A DNA stretch of 64,000 nucleotides from Candidatus Binatia bacterium (GCA_963666315.2 CAXXHG010000022.1:1-64000), one strand, 5' to 3'; shown: positions 50,124-61,429, counted from the stretch's first letter. A program made the numbers and translations. Notes: generated by a model from the sequence alone, not told the origin.

Positions 50124-51119
50124 TTAGTATCCCAGCTGTTTGTTCACGACCCCGACGAGGGGCTCGCCCAGGTGGATGCGGCGCAAGTTTTCACAGAAGC
50201 GTTCGAGATTGCGAGTAGCGCGGAGTTGGCTGGCACCGGCGGTGTGCGGAGTCATGACGACGTTCTCAAATGTCCATAGGGGATGGTCAGCTGGCAATGG
50301 CTCGATCGGAGCGACATCGAGCGCAGCACCGCCACACCGACCGTCTTGCAGGGCTCGTACCAACGCCTCCCCGTCAATGATCTCACCTCGGGTGATGTTG
50401 ACGAGGAGCGCTCCCGGTTTTAGGTGCGCGAACGTTGCATCGTTGAATAGCTGCCGCGTCTCGGCTGTGAGCGGACAACAGATCGCGACCACGTCAGAGG
50501 AAGCGAGCAATTCGGCCAACCGATCGTGTCCCCACACCGTGTCCACTCCATCCGACGCTGGCACGGGCCGCTCGTCGAGGGCTAACACGTGCATCCCAAA
50601 CGCCACAGCCCGGCGGGCCATCGCCCGACCTGTCCCCCCGAAGCCGACGATGCCCATCGTCAGCCCCTCAAGCTCGATCTCTTTACGCCGCATAGCCTCG
50701 CGTTCCTGCCAACTGGCAGAGCCGAGGCGGATGGAGGTCGCGATCTGGCGGGTGAGCGCCAAGAGGAGGCCGAACCCGGTGTCTGCCAGGTGTCCGCCCA
50801 CCAGGCCTTTTTCGCCAGTCAGCACAACATGGGAATCACGCATCGCCGGGTAGAGAAACATATCCACACCTGAGGCGATGGCGTGTACCCAGCGTAGGCG
50901 GGGGGCGGCGTGGAACAACGACTCGGGCAGGAAGCCGAGGATGACCTCGACATCATCGGCCATGGCGATAGCATCGCGCACATGAGGGGCGACCTTGATA
51001 GTCGAGCCGGGCGCTACCGCGGCCCGAATCTTCTCGAGGTCGCTACCGGACACTTCGGGCAAGGTAAGCCCGAGTAGAACGAGGATCGTTGCCGGTCCGT
51101 CCAGCTTTACATCGGTCAT
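50124..51119 (-). CDS. D-2-hydroxyacid dehydrogenase family protein
   Basis: GIVGFGGTG, NITRGE, LDV and TPHTAG. Confidence 0.92.
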   Translation of the reverse strand: MTDVKLDGPATILVLLGLTLPEVSGSDLEKIRAAVAPGSTIKVAPHVRDAIAMADDVEVILGFLPESLFHAAPRLRWVHAIASGVDMFLYPAMRDSHVVLTGEKGLVGGHLADTGFGLLLALTRQIATSIRLGSASWQEREAMRRKEIELEGLTMGIVGFGGTGRAMARRAVAFGMHVLALDERPVPASDGVDTVWGHDRLAELLASSDVVAICCPLTAETRQLFNDATFAHLKPGALLVNITRGEIIDGEALVRALQDGRCGGAALDVAPIEPLPADHPLWTFENVVMTPHTAGASQLRATRNLERFCENLRRIHLGEPLVGVVNKQLGY

Positions 51120-51208
51120 ACGCCTCGTACTCCCTTCTCGCTGTCAGCAGTCGTATGATGTGGTGAGGGCGATGTCAACGTGTTTGTCCTGATATCTTCA
51201 TCACTTGC

Positions 51209-51246
51209 CCCCTTCGGCGTTGCTCAGGACAGGTTTCGACAAGCTG
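51209..51246. repeat. CCCTTCG...CTCAGG.CAGG-type extragenic repeat
   Basis: Related to the element at 55880. Confidence 0.55.
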
Positions 51247-51281
51247 CTCATGAACAAACTGATGAATCGGCATGCAGAACA

Positions 51282-51349
51282 GTAGGTCAGGTTAGTGGAG
51301 CGTAACCTGACATCTTGCGCTCGGTGGACAGGGCGCACCCTACGGGAAG
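51282..51349. repeat. GTAG-type REP doublet (BIME-like)
   Basis: GTAGGTCAGGTTAGTGGAGCGTAACCTGACA ... GCACCCTACGGGAAG, homologous to 1883-1949. Confidence 0.75.
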
Positions 51350-51458
51350 CTAAACGCGTAGCACTCAAATGGAAACCGTATTCCACCTCGAATTTTATTG
51401 CATACGGACGCCATCAGGGGTATGTTCGCGGACGGACAGATCTGGAGGTAAAACCTCG

Positions 51459-52760
51459 ATGGAAAAAACGGCACAATCTGAGTCGGCTAAACTTGCTAAA
51501 CCAGCTAAATCTGCCAGCCGTCGTCCCCTTGAGGGGGTACGGGTCATAGATCTGACGAAGATTGTGGCAGGCCCGAACGCGACACGGATGCTGGCGACGA
51601 TGGGCGCAGAAGTAATCCGGGTCGAATGGCACGATCAGCGCGCGCTCGACCTGCTGCGTGGAGTACAACCGAAAGCGCCTGGTGAAAAAGCCGACAGTCT
51701 CAATCGGAGCGGTCTGTTCAACAATATTAACCCCGGCAAGTATGGCATCACGCTCAATATGAGCCTTCCGCAAGGACGCGAGTTGTTCAAACGCTTGATC
51801 GCCAAAGCATCTGTCCTATGCGAAAACTACAGTCCTGGACAGATGGACCGTTGGGAACTCGGCTACGACACTCTGCGCAAGATCAATCCCGGGCTCATTT
51901 ATCTCCAGATCAGTGGGATGGGAAAGTCGGGGACGTATAACGAATACCTCAGCGTCGGACCGACGGCGCAGGCGCTTTCGGGTTTGACCCATATGTCAGG
52001 CTTGCCTGAGCCCATGCCGCCGGCCGGGTGGGGCTACTCGTATCTCAACCATTCAACCGGCTACTACGGTGCCATGCACGTAATGATGGCGCTCTTAAGC
52101 CGGCGGCGGACTGGCCGCGGCTGTTACATCGATCTGTCGCAGACGGAAGTTGGACTCATGGTGTCCGGGACTGCCACGCTTGAAGCGCAGCTGACTGGCA
52201 AGCCGACTGAGCGCTATGGCAACCGGATGCATTCAGCGGATTGGGCACCGCATGGCGCGTACCCCTGTCGCGGTAGTGACGAATGGATCACTATAGCCGT
52301 GCAGACTGATGAGCAGTGGCAGGCGTTTGTGGCTGAGATCGGTTCGCCGGACTGGGCACGGGACGCACGCTTTCGGACCGCAGCTGGACGCAAAGCCAAT
52401 GAAGACAACCTCGACCGATTGATAACAGAGTTCACGAAAAGTGAAGACCGCTACGATCTGATGCACCGCCTCCAAAAGCGAAGTGTCCCAGCTGGCGTCG
52501 TGCAGAAGTCGGTTGATCGTTACTTGCGTGATCCGCAACTCAAGGAGCGCGGCGCTTTCGTGCCATTACCCCACAGCGAAATCGGGACCTGGCCGATCGA
52601 AGATTTTCCCGCCAAGTTCCAAAACATGCCGGTCGAAGTCGGTGGGCTGCCAGGTCGCGCTGCGCCTTGTATGGGAGAGGACAACGATGCCGTGTATCGC
52701 GATGTCCTTGGGCTGACACCCGAGGAAATTGCGCAACTCAGAGAGGACTGGATCATTTGA
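51459..52760 (+). CDS. Family III (CaiB/BaiF, BbsF-like) CoA-transferase
   Basis: LEGVRVIDL, GAEVIRVE, ENYSPG and PHGAYPC; Asn at the expected catalytic Asp position (YSYLNH). Confidence 0.88.
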   Translation: MEKTAQSESAKLAKPAKSASRRPLEGVRVIDLTKIVAGPNATRMLATMGAEVIRVEWHDQRALDLLRGVQPKAPGEKADSLNRSGLFNNINPGKYGITLNMSLPQGRELFKRLIAKASVLCENYSPGQMDRWELGYDTLRKINPGLIYLQISGMGKSGTYNEYLSVGPTAQALSGLTHMSGLPEPMPPAGWGYSYLNHSTGYYGAMHVMMALLSRRRTGRGCYIDLSQTEVGLMVSGTATLEAQLTGKPTERYGNRMHSADWAPHGAYPCRGSDEWITIAVQTDEQWQAFVAEIGSPDWARDARFRTAAGRKANEDNLDRLITEFTKSEDRYDLMHRLQKRSVPAGVVQKSVDRYLRDPQLKERGAFVPLPHSEIGTWPIEDFPAKFQNMPVEVGGLPGRAAPCMGEDNDAVYRDVLGLTPEEIAQLREDWII

Positions 52761-54067
52761 ATACTGAAGCGGCTTTGAGCGCGGCCCTGGATGGAACCGT
52801 CATCATCGAAAGCGGCGATGAGCGCGGGGAATTCGCCGGCGTACTGCTGGCATCATTTGGTGCCGAGGTGATCAAATTGGAGGGCCGCCAAGGATCTTAC
52901 TCGCGCCGCCTGGGGCCCTTCGCATCATCTATATCCGCCACATCTACTTCATTATCGCAACCCGATCCGGAACAGAGTCTGTGTTTCTGGCGTTACAACC
53001 TGGGCAAGAAGAGCGTCAGCCTTGAGGTTGACCATCCAGGAGCGCGCGACGTACTGGGACGTCTCGGACAGCGCGCCGATGTCATCATCGATTCTGGCGA
53101 GGCAGCCGACGTGGACCGGCGGCTCAGGCTGTATCGTGAGATGCAGGCCTCGAATCCGCGCCTCATTGTCTGCACGATCACGCCCTTTGGGCTCGACGGT
53201 CCCTATCGTGATTTCACGATGACGGACCTGACACAATTAGCAATGGGCGGAGTGATGGCGTCGTGCGGATACGATCCGCGATCCGACGGAATTTACGACA
53301 CACCGCCGATCGCTCCCGGAATGTGGCAAGCTTACCATATCGCGTGTGAGTACGCTGTGATTGCGATCACGGCGGCGCTCAATTATCGCGAGCTGCGCGA
53401 GCTGACGGGCGAGGGCGATTGCGGCGATTGTATTGATGTGTCGATTCACGAAGCGGTCAGCACCTGCACTGAGGTCGCTCTGCCAAGCTACATATACAAT
53501 GAAAAGGTTGTGCAGCGGCAGACCGGACGCCATGCGGGTGTGGGCCGGACCCCGCCGTGGCTACGCCGGACAAAAGACGGACGCTACGTCAAGGCATTCT
53601 TATTTTGGGACGGCCGCGATGTGCGGGTCATCACCGAGATGCTGAATGAGGCCGGCATTGAACACGATCTCGAATCTGGCGCCTACCGCGAATTAGCCGA
53701 GCGTTCGCCGTCCGAGGCGCATGCGCATTTCAGCGCGCTGATCGACACCCTGGTTGCGTCCATGACCGCTGAGGAGGTGTTTCATCGCGCCCAGGCCAAA
53801 GGCTTATTGTGGGCAAGCGTCAGATTTCCCGAGGAGAATATCGACGACCCACATTTCCAGGCACGCGGTACCTTTCAGTCGATCCGTCAGCCTGGACTCG
53901 GCCGCGATCTCTCTTACCCCGTCTCCGTCGCCACGGACGGCCGGCAGCGCATGACGGCCTTCCGGCGTGGGGTACCGCATTTAGGCGAGCACACTCAGGA
54001 GGTCCTTCGGCAGGCGGGCTTCAACGACGCTGAAATAAGCGCACTGGCTGTGCAGGGCGCTATATAA
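52757..54067 (+). CDS. Family III CoA-transferase, BbsE-like subunit
   Basis: GAEVIKLE, YNLGKKSV, ITPFGLDGP and PHLGEHT; TTG start overlaps the previous stop. Confidence 0.85.
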   Translation: MNTEAALSAALDGTVIIESGDERGEFAGVLLASFGAEVIKLEGRQGSYSRRLGPFASSISATSTSLSQPDPEQSLCFWRYNLGKKSVSLEVDHPGARDVLGRLGQRADVIIDSGEAADVDRRLRLYREMQASNPRLIVCTITPFGLDGPYRDFTMTDLTQLAMGGVMASCGYDPRSDGIYDTPPIAPGMWQAYHIACEYAVIAITAALNYRELRELTGEGDCGDCIDVSIHEAVSTCTEVALPSYIYNEKVVQRQTGRHAGVGRTPPWLRRTKDGRYVKAFLFWDGRDVRVITEMLNEAGIEHDLESGAYRELAERSPSEAHAHFSALIDTLVASMTAEEVFHRAQAKGLLWASVRFPEENIDDPHFQARGTFQSIRQPGLGRDLSYPVSVATDGRQRMTAFRRGVPHLGEHTQEVLRQAGFNDAEISALAVQGAI

Positions 54068-54441
54068 GCGCTGCCAATTTCACCTCAAGTTGCTCAATGC
54101 CTACCTGGTCTACCTGTTAAGAGGCGAGCTCCTGCTTGCCTCTCAGGACAGCGGTTCGGGGGCGCGGAGAATCTCCTGCCAGAAGAGGGGTCATATGCTA
54201 GTCTTGCCGAGCGCTTAGCATGTGGCGCGAGGTGACGGTGCCCCAAAACATTGGTGTGAGAAAGATTACCCCAGAAGCTCACCATAGGTGAGCTTTATCC
54301 TCTTTCCCGATAACTCGACAAAGCCTAATCCAGGGCGGCTGAAGCAAGTCAAGCATGCGTCCAAACAGCGGCAGCTCTAGAGCCTGCAGGTTTCGCCTGG
54401 TATATTCGGCCACAGTACGAGGCTGAAGGAGGACATACCTT

Positions 54442-55326
54442 ATGAACGGAAACCTTGAGGTTCGACGTCTTTCGGGCGCTCTCGGCGCTGAGGTTCGCGG
54501 CCTCACGCTGGGGCAGGTCGGCCCGGCAGAGGCCGAGATGGTACAGTCTCTACTCATGGAGCACCTGGTGCTCTTCTTTCCAGAACAATATGTGACTCCT
54601 GAGGAGCACATTGCGTTCGGTCGCCACTTCGGACCCATCGAAGGGCACCCTCACCTCCACAACCTGCCTGGCTATCCTGAGATCTTCGACCTGGCGGCCA
54701 GCCGCGGCGGGGTCGCGGATGAGTGGCACAGTGACATTACCTTCCAGCCGCATCCGTCCGTGCTGGCCATCCTCAATATGGTGCAGTGTCCCGAGGTCGG
54801 CGGCGACACCTTGTGGGCCAATATGTATGCAGCCTACGAAGGGCTGTCAGCGCCGCTCCGGGACTTGTGCGATGGCCTGACCGCCCTGCATGATGCAAGC
54901 CCACATGGTAAGCCCGAAAAGATGGCCGTTCATCCGGTGGTGCGTGTTCATCCTGTCACCAAACGCAAGTCCCTGTTTGTCAACGAACACTTCACCCGAC
55001 GCCTTGTTGAACTTAGCCACGAGGAGAGCGACGTGTTACTCGGCTACCTGACACGCTGGGTGTCACAGTCGCGCTTCACCGTCCGCTATCGCTGGAGCGA
55101 AGGTACGGTTGCGATGTGGGACAATCGGTGCACGCAGCACTTTGTACTGAACGACTTCGATGCAGAACGCATTATCCAGCGTGTCACAGTAACGGGCGAC
55201 ACCCCCGAGGGCGCCTGCCCGCCGCGCTGGGAACCCTACATCCGTACGCAGAACCTAGGGGCAAGCAGCCGCCACGATAGCCAGCTGAACGAATACCTCG
55301 GTCGTCGAGCGGAGACAGTGGGCTAA
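54442..55326 (+). CDS. TauD/TfdA-family Fe(II)/2-oxoglutarate dioxygenase
   Basis: WHSD, GGDTLW, HPVVRVHP and WDNRCTQH. Confidence 0.93.
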   Translation: MNGNLEVRRLSGALGAEVRGLTLGQVGPAEAEMVQSLLMEHLVLFFPEQYVTPEEHIAFGRHFGPIEGHPHLHNLPGYPEIFDLAASRGGVADEWHSDITFQPHPSVLAILNMVQCPEVGGDTLWANMYAAYEGLSAPLRDLCDGLTALHDASPHGKPEKMAVHPVVRVHPVTKRKSLFVNEHFTRRLVELSHEESDVLLGYLTRWVSQSRFTVRYRWSEGTVAMWDNRCTQHFVLNDFDAERIIQRVTVTGDTPEGACPPRWEPYIRTQNLGASSRHDSQLNEYLGRRAETVG

Positions 55327-55403
55327 ACTCCAGAAGATGCATCACTACGCAGCTAAGCTGGTTCAGAACATACGTTACACGGCAGATATGTGGGAGGAAC
55401 ATC

Positions 55404-55835
55404 ATGGCGAAGCTCAGACATATTGCAATCGCGACACAAAACGCTGAGGAGACGGCCAAGTTCTATGTTGAAACATTTGGCCTGACCCAGATCTCCAAGA
55501 TCGACACCCCTATCGTGTCGGGCGCTTTTCTCACCGATGGGACAATCAACCTAGAGATTTTAGACTTCAAGAACGACCAAGTCGCCGGCGTAGAGCGGGG
55601 CAAGGACTGGACAGGTATCCACCCCATCGGGTTTGAGGTCGAAAACCTAGAAGAAATCGCGCAGAAATTAGCCGCAGCCGATGCCGCTCCCCGAGATGAC
55701 ATCAACCAAGCCCTCGGTCTCGGCAGTGGCCGCCATGGTAATGCCGAGGTCAGATACAGCGGTCCCGACGGCGTGACGTTCGACGTCTCACAGACGGGCT
55801 GGGTCGGTACCGAACGCCACCCCAGAAAAACCTGA
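55404..55835 (+). CDS. VOC family protein
   Basis: AKLRHIAI, TDGTINL and GPDGVTFD. Confidence 0.85.
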   Translation: MAKLRHIAIATQNAEETAKFYVETFGLTQISKIDTPIVSGAFLTDGTINLEILDFKNDQVAGVERGKDWTGIHPIGFEVENLEEIAQKLAAADAAPRDDINQALGLGSGRHGNAEVRYSGPDGVTFDVSQTGWVGTERHPRKT

Positions 55836-55879
55836 AGACGAGAACGGACAGCGAAGGGACAGCCAAGGAACACCTTCAC

Positions 55880-55960
55880 CCCTTCGACAAACTCAGGGCA
55901 GGCTCTAGCCCTCTTCCAGTGGGAGAGGGAAACCGGAGCGGAGCGACTGGGGGTGAGGGG
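55880..55960. repeat. Composite extragenic palindromic repeat
   Basis: CCCTTCGACAAACTCAGGGCAGGC + CCCTCTTCC..GGGAGAGGG + GGGGTGAGGGG between convergent genes. Confidence 0.6.
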
Positions 55961-56048
55961 AAACCCGGGTGGTAAACCCAAGTGAAAATCGTTTTAGTCG
56001 TAGCAGGGGGTAAATTCAGGACCTGACCTCTAATCCTATTTACTGCTC

Positions 56049-56507
56049 CTACTCCTTGACCATCTGCATCAGTTCGAGGGTCGTGCCAAACGGATCCTTG
56101 CAATACACTGCCTTCGCCGTGCCATAGCCGTCGAGGGTAAACGTCTGGGGTCGCGAGTAAAACTCCACGCCTTGGGTCCGTAGCGCCTCGTAGCTCTTTT
56201 CAATATCTTTCACCCAAAAGGCAATCTCAGTAATTCCATTGTGGGTGACTCCCGCATACGGCTGCCCACCCTGCCCAGCAGATTCGCTAAAGTAGAGCAG
56301 CTCAACCGGGGCGCTGCGGCGATCGTCTTCGTTGCGCAGGAACACCGACCGCACTTTTGTACCGGGCTCTCGGACCATATCACTAATCTCTTCCCCCTCG
56401 ATGGTATAATCACCGATCACCGTCAGTCCCAATACATCCTGATAGAAAGCAATGGCTTTTTCCATATCTGGGACTGTAATCCCTACATGTGCGACAGCTC
56501 CGAGCAT
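56049..56507 (-). CDS. VOC family protein
   Basis: AHVGITV, VELL, TEIAF and DPFGTTLEL. Confidence 0.88.
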   Translation of the reverse strand: MLGAVAHVGITVPDMEKAIAFYQDVLGLTVIGDYTIEGEEISDMVREPGTKVRSVFLRNEDDRRSAPVELLYFSESAGQGGQPYAGVTHNGITEIAFWVKDIEKSYEALRTQGVEFYSRPQTFTLDGYGTAKAVYCKDPFGTTLELMQMVKE

Positions 56508-56762
56508 AATGACCTCCTTTTCCTTTGTGTGTCCGGGATTGTCCTGCTATTGGGGCGGGTTTGTCAAGCCGACAAGCGGGAAGAAGAAGCCATTCGCGAG
56601 CAAAATAATGACCCTCAATCCTTTTGTCAAATATGGACATGATAGAGGATCACGGCAGCAATCATTGCCGTCCGCCATCATCTTCTGGAACGCACGCATA
56701 CATGGCATAATGTCGATGGTTGGTCTGGCGGCCAAAGTCGACGATTTAAGGAGGGTAGGCAC

Positions 56763-58040
56763 ATGTCTGACACCGTGTTCACCAACATAATGATTTTCGA
56801 CGGCAGTGGAAGTGCGCCGTACTTGGGCGAGGTCCTCGTCCGGGATAAGCGCATTAAGACTATTGCTGGAGGCGCTCAGACAGTGATTAGGGACGGCGCT
56901 ACGGTGGTCGACGGCGACGGCGCCACACTGATGCCGGGCTTAGTCAACTGTCACGGGCATCCGACCTATCCCAATATGGGAGCAGATCTCTACGACACCG
57001 GTGAAATCCCGGTGGAGGAGCATGTGCTCATCACCATGCATAACGTGAAGACCATGCTCGATCACGGCTTCACCGCCCTCGTGAACGGCTCCTCTGCCAA
57101 GGCACGGCTCGATATCGTTATCCGCAACGAGATTAATGCCGGCAAGATCCCGGGGCCGCGGATGCAAGCTGCCACGCCGGAACTCACCGTTACCGGCGGT
57201 CTCGGCGACTTGGAGCAGATGCATATGTACCATGAGGGTTTCGCGGTGGTCCTCGACGGACCAGAAGAGATCCGGAAATACACCAGGCTGATGATCCGTG
57301 AGGGCGTCGACGTTATTAAACTGATGATTTCGGGTGACAACTTCGTGCGAACCGGTACCGCACAAATGACGGTGATGCAGGAGGACGAAGTGGCGGCATG
57401 CTGCAGTGTGGCGCACGCGCACAACCGGCGCGTGATCGCGCATGCACGCAGCGCTGAATCCGTCAAGATGTGCATCCGGCACGGCATCAAACTCATCTAC
57501 CACGCGAATTTCTGCGACGAGGAAGCGCTCGACCTGCTCGAAGCCAACAAGAACGAGTACTTCGTCAACCCAGCCATTGGTCTCAGTTATGCCACGCTGA
57601 ACCATATGGAAGAGTACGGCGTGACTCGAGCTATGGCCGAAGCATGGGGCTTTGATCGCGAGCTGGAAAGCGCCATCCAAAACACACAGGAACTACACAG
57701 ACGCGGGGTGCGCGTCTTGCCGTTTGGTGACTACGGCTTTGCCTGGAACCAGATCGGCACGGACACAAGGGACCTCGAACACTTTGTTAACCTGATGGGA
57801 TTCAGCCCGGCTGAAACGCTCAGGATGGCGACCAAGTCCGGCGGTGAGTGTTTCGGCGACCAGCTCGGGATGGTCAAAGAGGGCTATCTGGCCGATCTGA
57901 TCATAGTCGATGGCAATCCCGTCGAGGACATCACCCTACTCCAGGACGTAGACAAGCTCCTCATGATCATGAAGGACGGTGCGTTCCATAAGGAACCGCA
58001 GGTCAGACGGGCGGCACGACTGCGAACAGCTGCCGCCTAA
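56763..58040 (+). CDS. Amidohydrolase_1 family (Xaa-Pro dipeptidase-like)
   Basis: MPGLVNCHGH, GVDVIKL, AHAR, YHAN, GDYGF and ADLIIVDGNP. Confidence 0.9.
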   Translation: MSDTVFTNIMIFDGSGSAPYLGEVLVRDKRIKTIAGGAQTVIRDGATVVDGDGATLMPGLVNCHGHPTYPNMGADLYDTGEIPVEEHVLITMHNVKTMLDHGFTALVNGSSAKARLDIVIRNEINAGKIPGPRMQAATPELTVTGGLGDLEQMHMYHEGFAVVLDGPEEIRKYTRLMIREGVDVIKLMISGDNFVRTGTAQMTVMQEDEVAACCSVAHAHNRRVIAHARSAESVKMCIRHGIKLIYHANFCDEEALDLLEANKNEYFVNPAIGLSYATLNHMEEYGVTRAMAEAWGFDRELESAIQNTQELHRRGVRVLPFGDYGFAWNQIGTDTRDLEHFVNLMGFSPAETLRMATKSGGECFGDQLGMVKEGYLADLIIVDGNPVEDITLLQDVDKLLMIMKDGAFHKEPQVRRAARLRTAAA

Positions 58041-58136
58041 CCGGATCAACGTCCTGAGTCTTTGTCTTCAGCTAGCCTGTTCATATTGAGGCCACGCTCT
58101 CAGCCGAGAGGGTAGTCGAAGCGCACAGGAGGCAAT

Positions 58137-59018
58137 ATGAAAGCATTCAAGGATCGGGTCGCCGTGGTCACTGGGGCAGCCAGTGGTTTCGGACGAGCCA
58201 TGACCGAGCGGTTTGCAGCCGAGGGGATGAAGGTTGCCCTGGCTGATGTTGAAGCAGAGGCACTCAGCAAAGCGGAACAAGAGCTCCAAGACCAAGGCGC
58301 GACTACCTTGAGCGTGGAGACCGATGTCTCCAAAGCCGACCAAGTCGAAGCCCTGGCTGATAAGACACTGGAAGCATTCGGGGCGGTCCATCTTGTGCGT
58401 AATAACGCTGGTGTCGCGTCTGGTGGCCTGTCCTGGAGTCAGCCACTTGCGGATTGGGAATGGGTGATCGGCGTCCATCTGTGGGGAGTGATTCATGGAG
58501 TTCGGACCTTTATCCCGATTCTACTCGACCAGAAAACCGAAGGGCATGTGGTGAATACTGCCTCAATGGCAGGCCTGCTGTCCGGCCCATTTGCTAATAT
58601 CTAGAATGTCACGAAACATGGGGTTGTGACGCTATCTGAGTCACTCTACCAGGAACTCGAATTGCAGAATGCACCAGTCAAAGTATCAGTGCTGTGTCCA
58701 GGATTTGTGAAAACGAATATCTTGGATTCAGACCGTAACCGTCCGGAGCAATTGCAAGCTTCTGAAAGCCCGGGGGACGAGGCGTCGCAGGCCATGCGCG
58801 AAGCCTTTCGTGTGTTCATTGACCAAGGCATGCCGCCTGCAAAGGTTGCAGAAAAGGTGTTCAATGCGGTGCGGGACGAACAGTTCTATATTCTTCCCCA
58901 TCCAGAGTTTCTTGCACCGCTACAGACCCGGATGGAAGATATTCTGGCCCGGCGCAATCCCACGATGGTACCGTTCGACCCCAATGCTCTTACTGGAACA
59001 AAAAACTCAGACAGTTAG
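58137..59018 (+). pseudogene. SDR oxidoreductase with a nonsense codon at the catalytic Tyr
   Basis: TGAASGFG and NNAG; TAG at 58602-58604 in ANI*NVTKH (YxxxK); in frame with ORF 58626-59018. Confidence 0.88.
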
Positions 59019-59156
59019 CGCGTACAGAGCGTTGGGGCTGTCTGGAGAAAATGGGCACGGATCTATAATATGTCTTAGAAACTGTGTCTGACGAGGTGTC
59101 AAAGCTGCCAACCTGTCTGTTTCTCTGGTTATAATAGCGAGCAAGGAGGTGTCCAG

Positions 59157-59814
59157 ATGCTCTATGAGTTACGTACGTACGAAGCAATGCCGGGCAAGCT
59201 GCCGGCCCTCAATACACATCTCGAAGTCGCCGCGGGTTTATTCAAGAAGCATGGCCTGGGCGCGCTAGGATTCTGGACCGAGGGAGTTCGGCGCCAGTAT
59301 CCAAGTCACCTACATGTGGATGTACGAAACCTTCGAGGGCAGGCAGAAAAAACTGGAGAGGTTTGTATCGGACTCAGCCTGGCAGCAGCAAGTGGCGCAG
59401 GAGACGGAGCGAGAAGGAGCCATTGTCGCCAGAACTCACAACACCATGCTGCAACTGACCCCCTACTCGCCAGAACCCCAGATCAGGACGAAGGTACAGG
59501 AGTGGCGTATTTACGAGGCGGTGCCAGGTCGGCTACCCGACCTCCACAACCGGTTCGCCAACCATACGCTGGGTCTCTTTGAGAAGCACGGTATCGAAAA
59601 TATCGGCTACTGGACTGAAGTCTTCGGCACCAGCAATCGGCTAGTGTACATGCTGGGCTACCCTAGCCTGGGAGACAGAGAAAAGAGCTGGAAGGCATTC
59701 ATGAAGGACCCCGACTGGCAGAAGGCGCGGGCGGAGTCGGAGAAAAACGGCCCCCTGGTGGCGAAGGTCTACAACAGAATCCTGCGGCCGACGGCTTACT
59801 CGCCCACAGGCTGA
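59157..59814 (+). pseudogene. Tandem NIPSNAP-domain protein, frameshifted
   Basis: YELRTY...PGKL and EWRIY...PGRL repeats; one extra G at 59283-59285. Confidence 0.85.
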
Positions 59815-59888
59815 GGTCCGGCAACACCCGCTCGCAGCGCCCGCGTAGGCCAGCAGAGCGCGCGCGGGCGAGCACGGCACGAGGTCCG

Positions 59889-60439
59889 TCAGAAGCCCTT
59901 GACCCCTTTGTCCAGCTGCCCGCCGAAGGTATTCAGCGCCATGGACACTAGATTGTACTGGCCAACGGTAAAGACGACGTCCATAAGCTGCTGTGTATTG
60001 TAGCGCTCACTCAAGGCGGCCCAGGTTGCATCGCTGATAAAAGCGTCTGCATGCAATTCATCTGCAGCTCGCAACAAGCTGGCGTCAAACGCGTCCCAGC
60101 CTTCAGCATCCGGCCCTGCTTTGATGCGCGCGATCTCTTCGTCGGTGAGCCCGGCGTTCCTGCCGTACAGCACATGCTGCCCCACTCATATTCTGCCTGG
60201 CACAGCCAGCCGATTCGTAAAATCAGGATTTCCCGCTGCCTGGGCAGTAAGGTCGAAGTATCACCCATGATGTTAGAGCCCGACACCCCAAACTTTTTTG
60301 ACGCCACCCAATGCCGGGAAAGCGTGGCTCGTACATTGTAGACGCGCCCTTCGCGCTGGACGGGCTCCAGTACTTCTCGTTGTTCATCGGTCCATTCGGC
60401 CTCGGTCAGCGGTGCGATACGTGGTTGTGACAGTTTCAT
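59889..60439 (-). pseudogene. Carboxymuconolactone decarboxylase-family protein, frameshifted
   Basis: PRIAPL, REILILRIGWLCQAEYEW/GQH and VFTVGQY; one base missing near 60180. Confidence 0.85.
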
Positions 60440-60487
60440 TGCAATCAATCCTTTCGAGAGTTGTTTAAGCGTTGTTATAGAAGGGTG

Positions 60488-61429
60488 CTAGCGTGTGTAG
60501 TGCAGTTGCAGCCCTGGCCGGGGCCAGTCCATGGCCACTAGTTTGCCCGTCAGGCTCAGCGTGATATAGGCCGTTTTCAGATCTGGTCCGCCAAAGCAAA
60601 TATTCGTCGTCAGAGGGTCTTGTGTAGGAACAAACTCAACCGACGAGCCATCGGGCGAGATGACGCTAATCCCGCCATTGATCAATGTTGCCACGCACAC
60701 ATTCCCGGCACTATCTACCCCGAGTGAATCGAGCAGTTGATAGCCAGGTAATCCAGCCAAGAGCTTGCCTCCTCCCGGTCCGGCCAGCAGGGCGCCACCC
60801 TCGCCGGTCTCACGGCTGAGTTCGCCGGGACTGGGAATAGGCCATTGCCAGACCCGGCCTTCAAAGGTCTGGGCCACATACAGATCGGTATCGCCGGGAG
60901 CCAGACCAATGCCATTCGGGCCATCGATGGGAAACACCATCTCTTTGATCAGCGAGCCATCAGTCTTGGCGTAATGCACAGCCGTGCGATCTCGCCGGCG
61001 CTCCTCAAATTTACCCGCATCGGTGAACCAGAACCCGCCCGTAGCGTCAAAAACGATATCATTCGGGCCACGCAGGGGATGACCATCACACTCGGTGTAG
61101 AGGGTTTCTACCTTGCCACTTGCCAGGTCAACGCGTTGAATGCTGCCATGGGTATAGCCGTCTGGCAGCTCCCCCGACGGTATAATCGTCCCATCGACTT
61201 CTAGCCATTCGAGCCCGCCATTATTACAGATATAGACCATGCCATCCGGACCAATCGCCGCTCCATTGGGCCCGCCGCCCGTTTCGGCCACGACTTCCTT
61301 CCTGCCATCGGGCGTGACGCGGGTGAGCGCCCCGCGCTTGATCTCAACCACGAGCACACTGCCATCGTTCATAGCGATAGGGCCTTCCGGAAATTGGAGG
61401 CCTGAGGTGATTTCTCGCATCTGTGGCAT
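60488..61429 (-). CDS. SMP-30/gluconolactonase/LRE family protein
   Basis: FPEGP, GPNG, GPNDIVFD and TNICFGG. Confidence 0.92.
   Translation of the reverse strand: MPQMREITSGLQFPEGPIAMNDGSVLVVEIKRGALTRVTPDGRKEVVAETGGGPNGAAIGPDGMVYICNNGGLEWLEVDGTIIPSGELPDGYTHGSIQRVDLASGKVETLYTECDGHPLRGPNDIVFDATGGFWFTDAGKFEERRRDRTAVHYAKTDGSLIKEMVFPIDGPNGIGLAPGDTDLYVAQTFEGRVWQWPIPSPGELSRETGEGGALLAGPGGGKLLAGLPGYQLLDSLGVDSAGNVCVATLINGGISVISPDGSSVEFVPTQDPLTTNICFGGPDLKTAYITLSLTGKLVAMDWPRPGLQLHYTR

Noticed and set aside
59889-60439. Second split CMD-family gene as another selenoprotein
   Set aside because: The two ORFs are in different frames (1-bp deletion near 60180), and there is no in-frame TGA at a Cys position.
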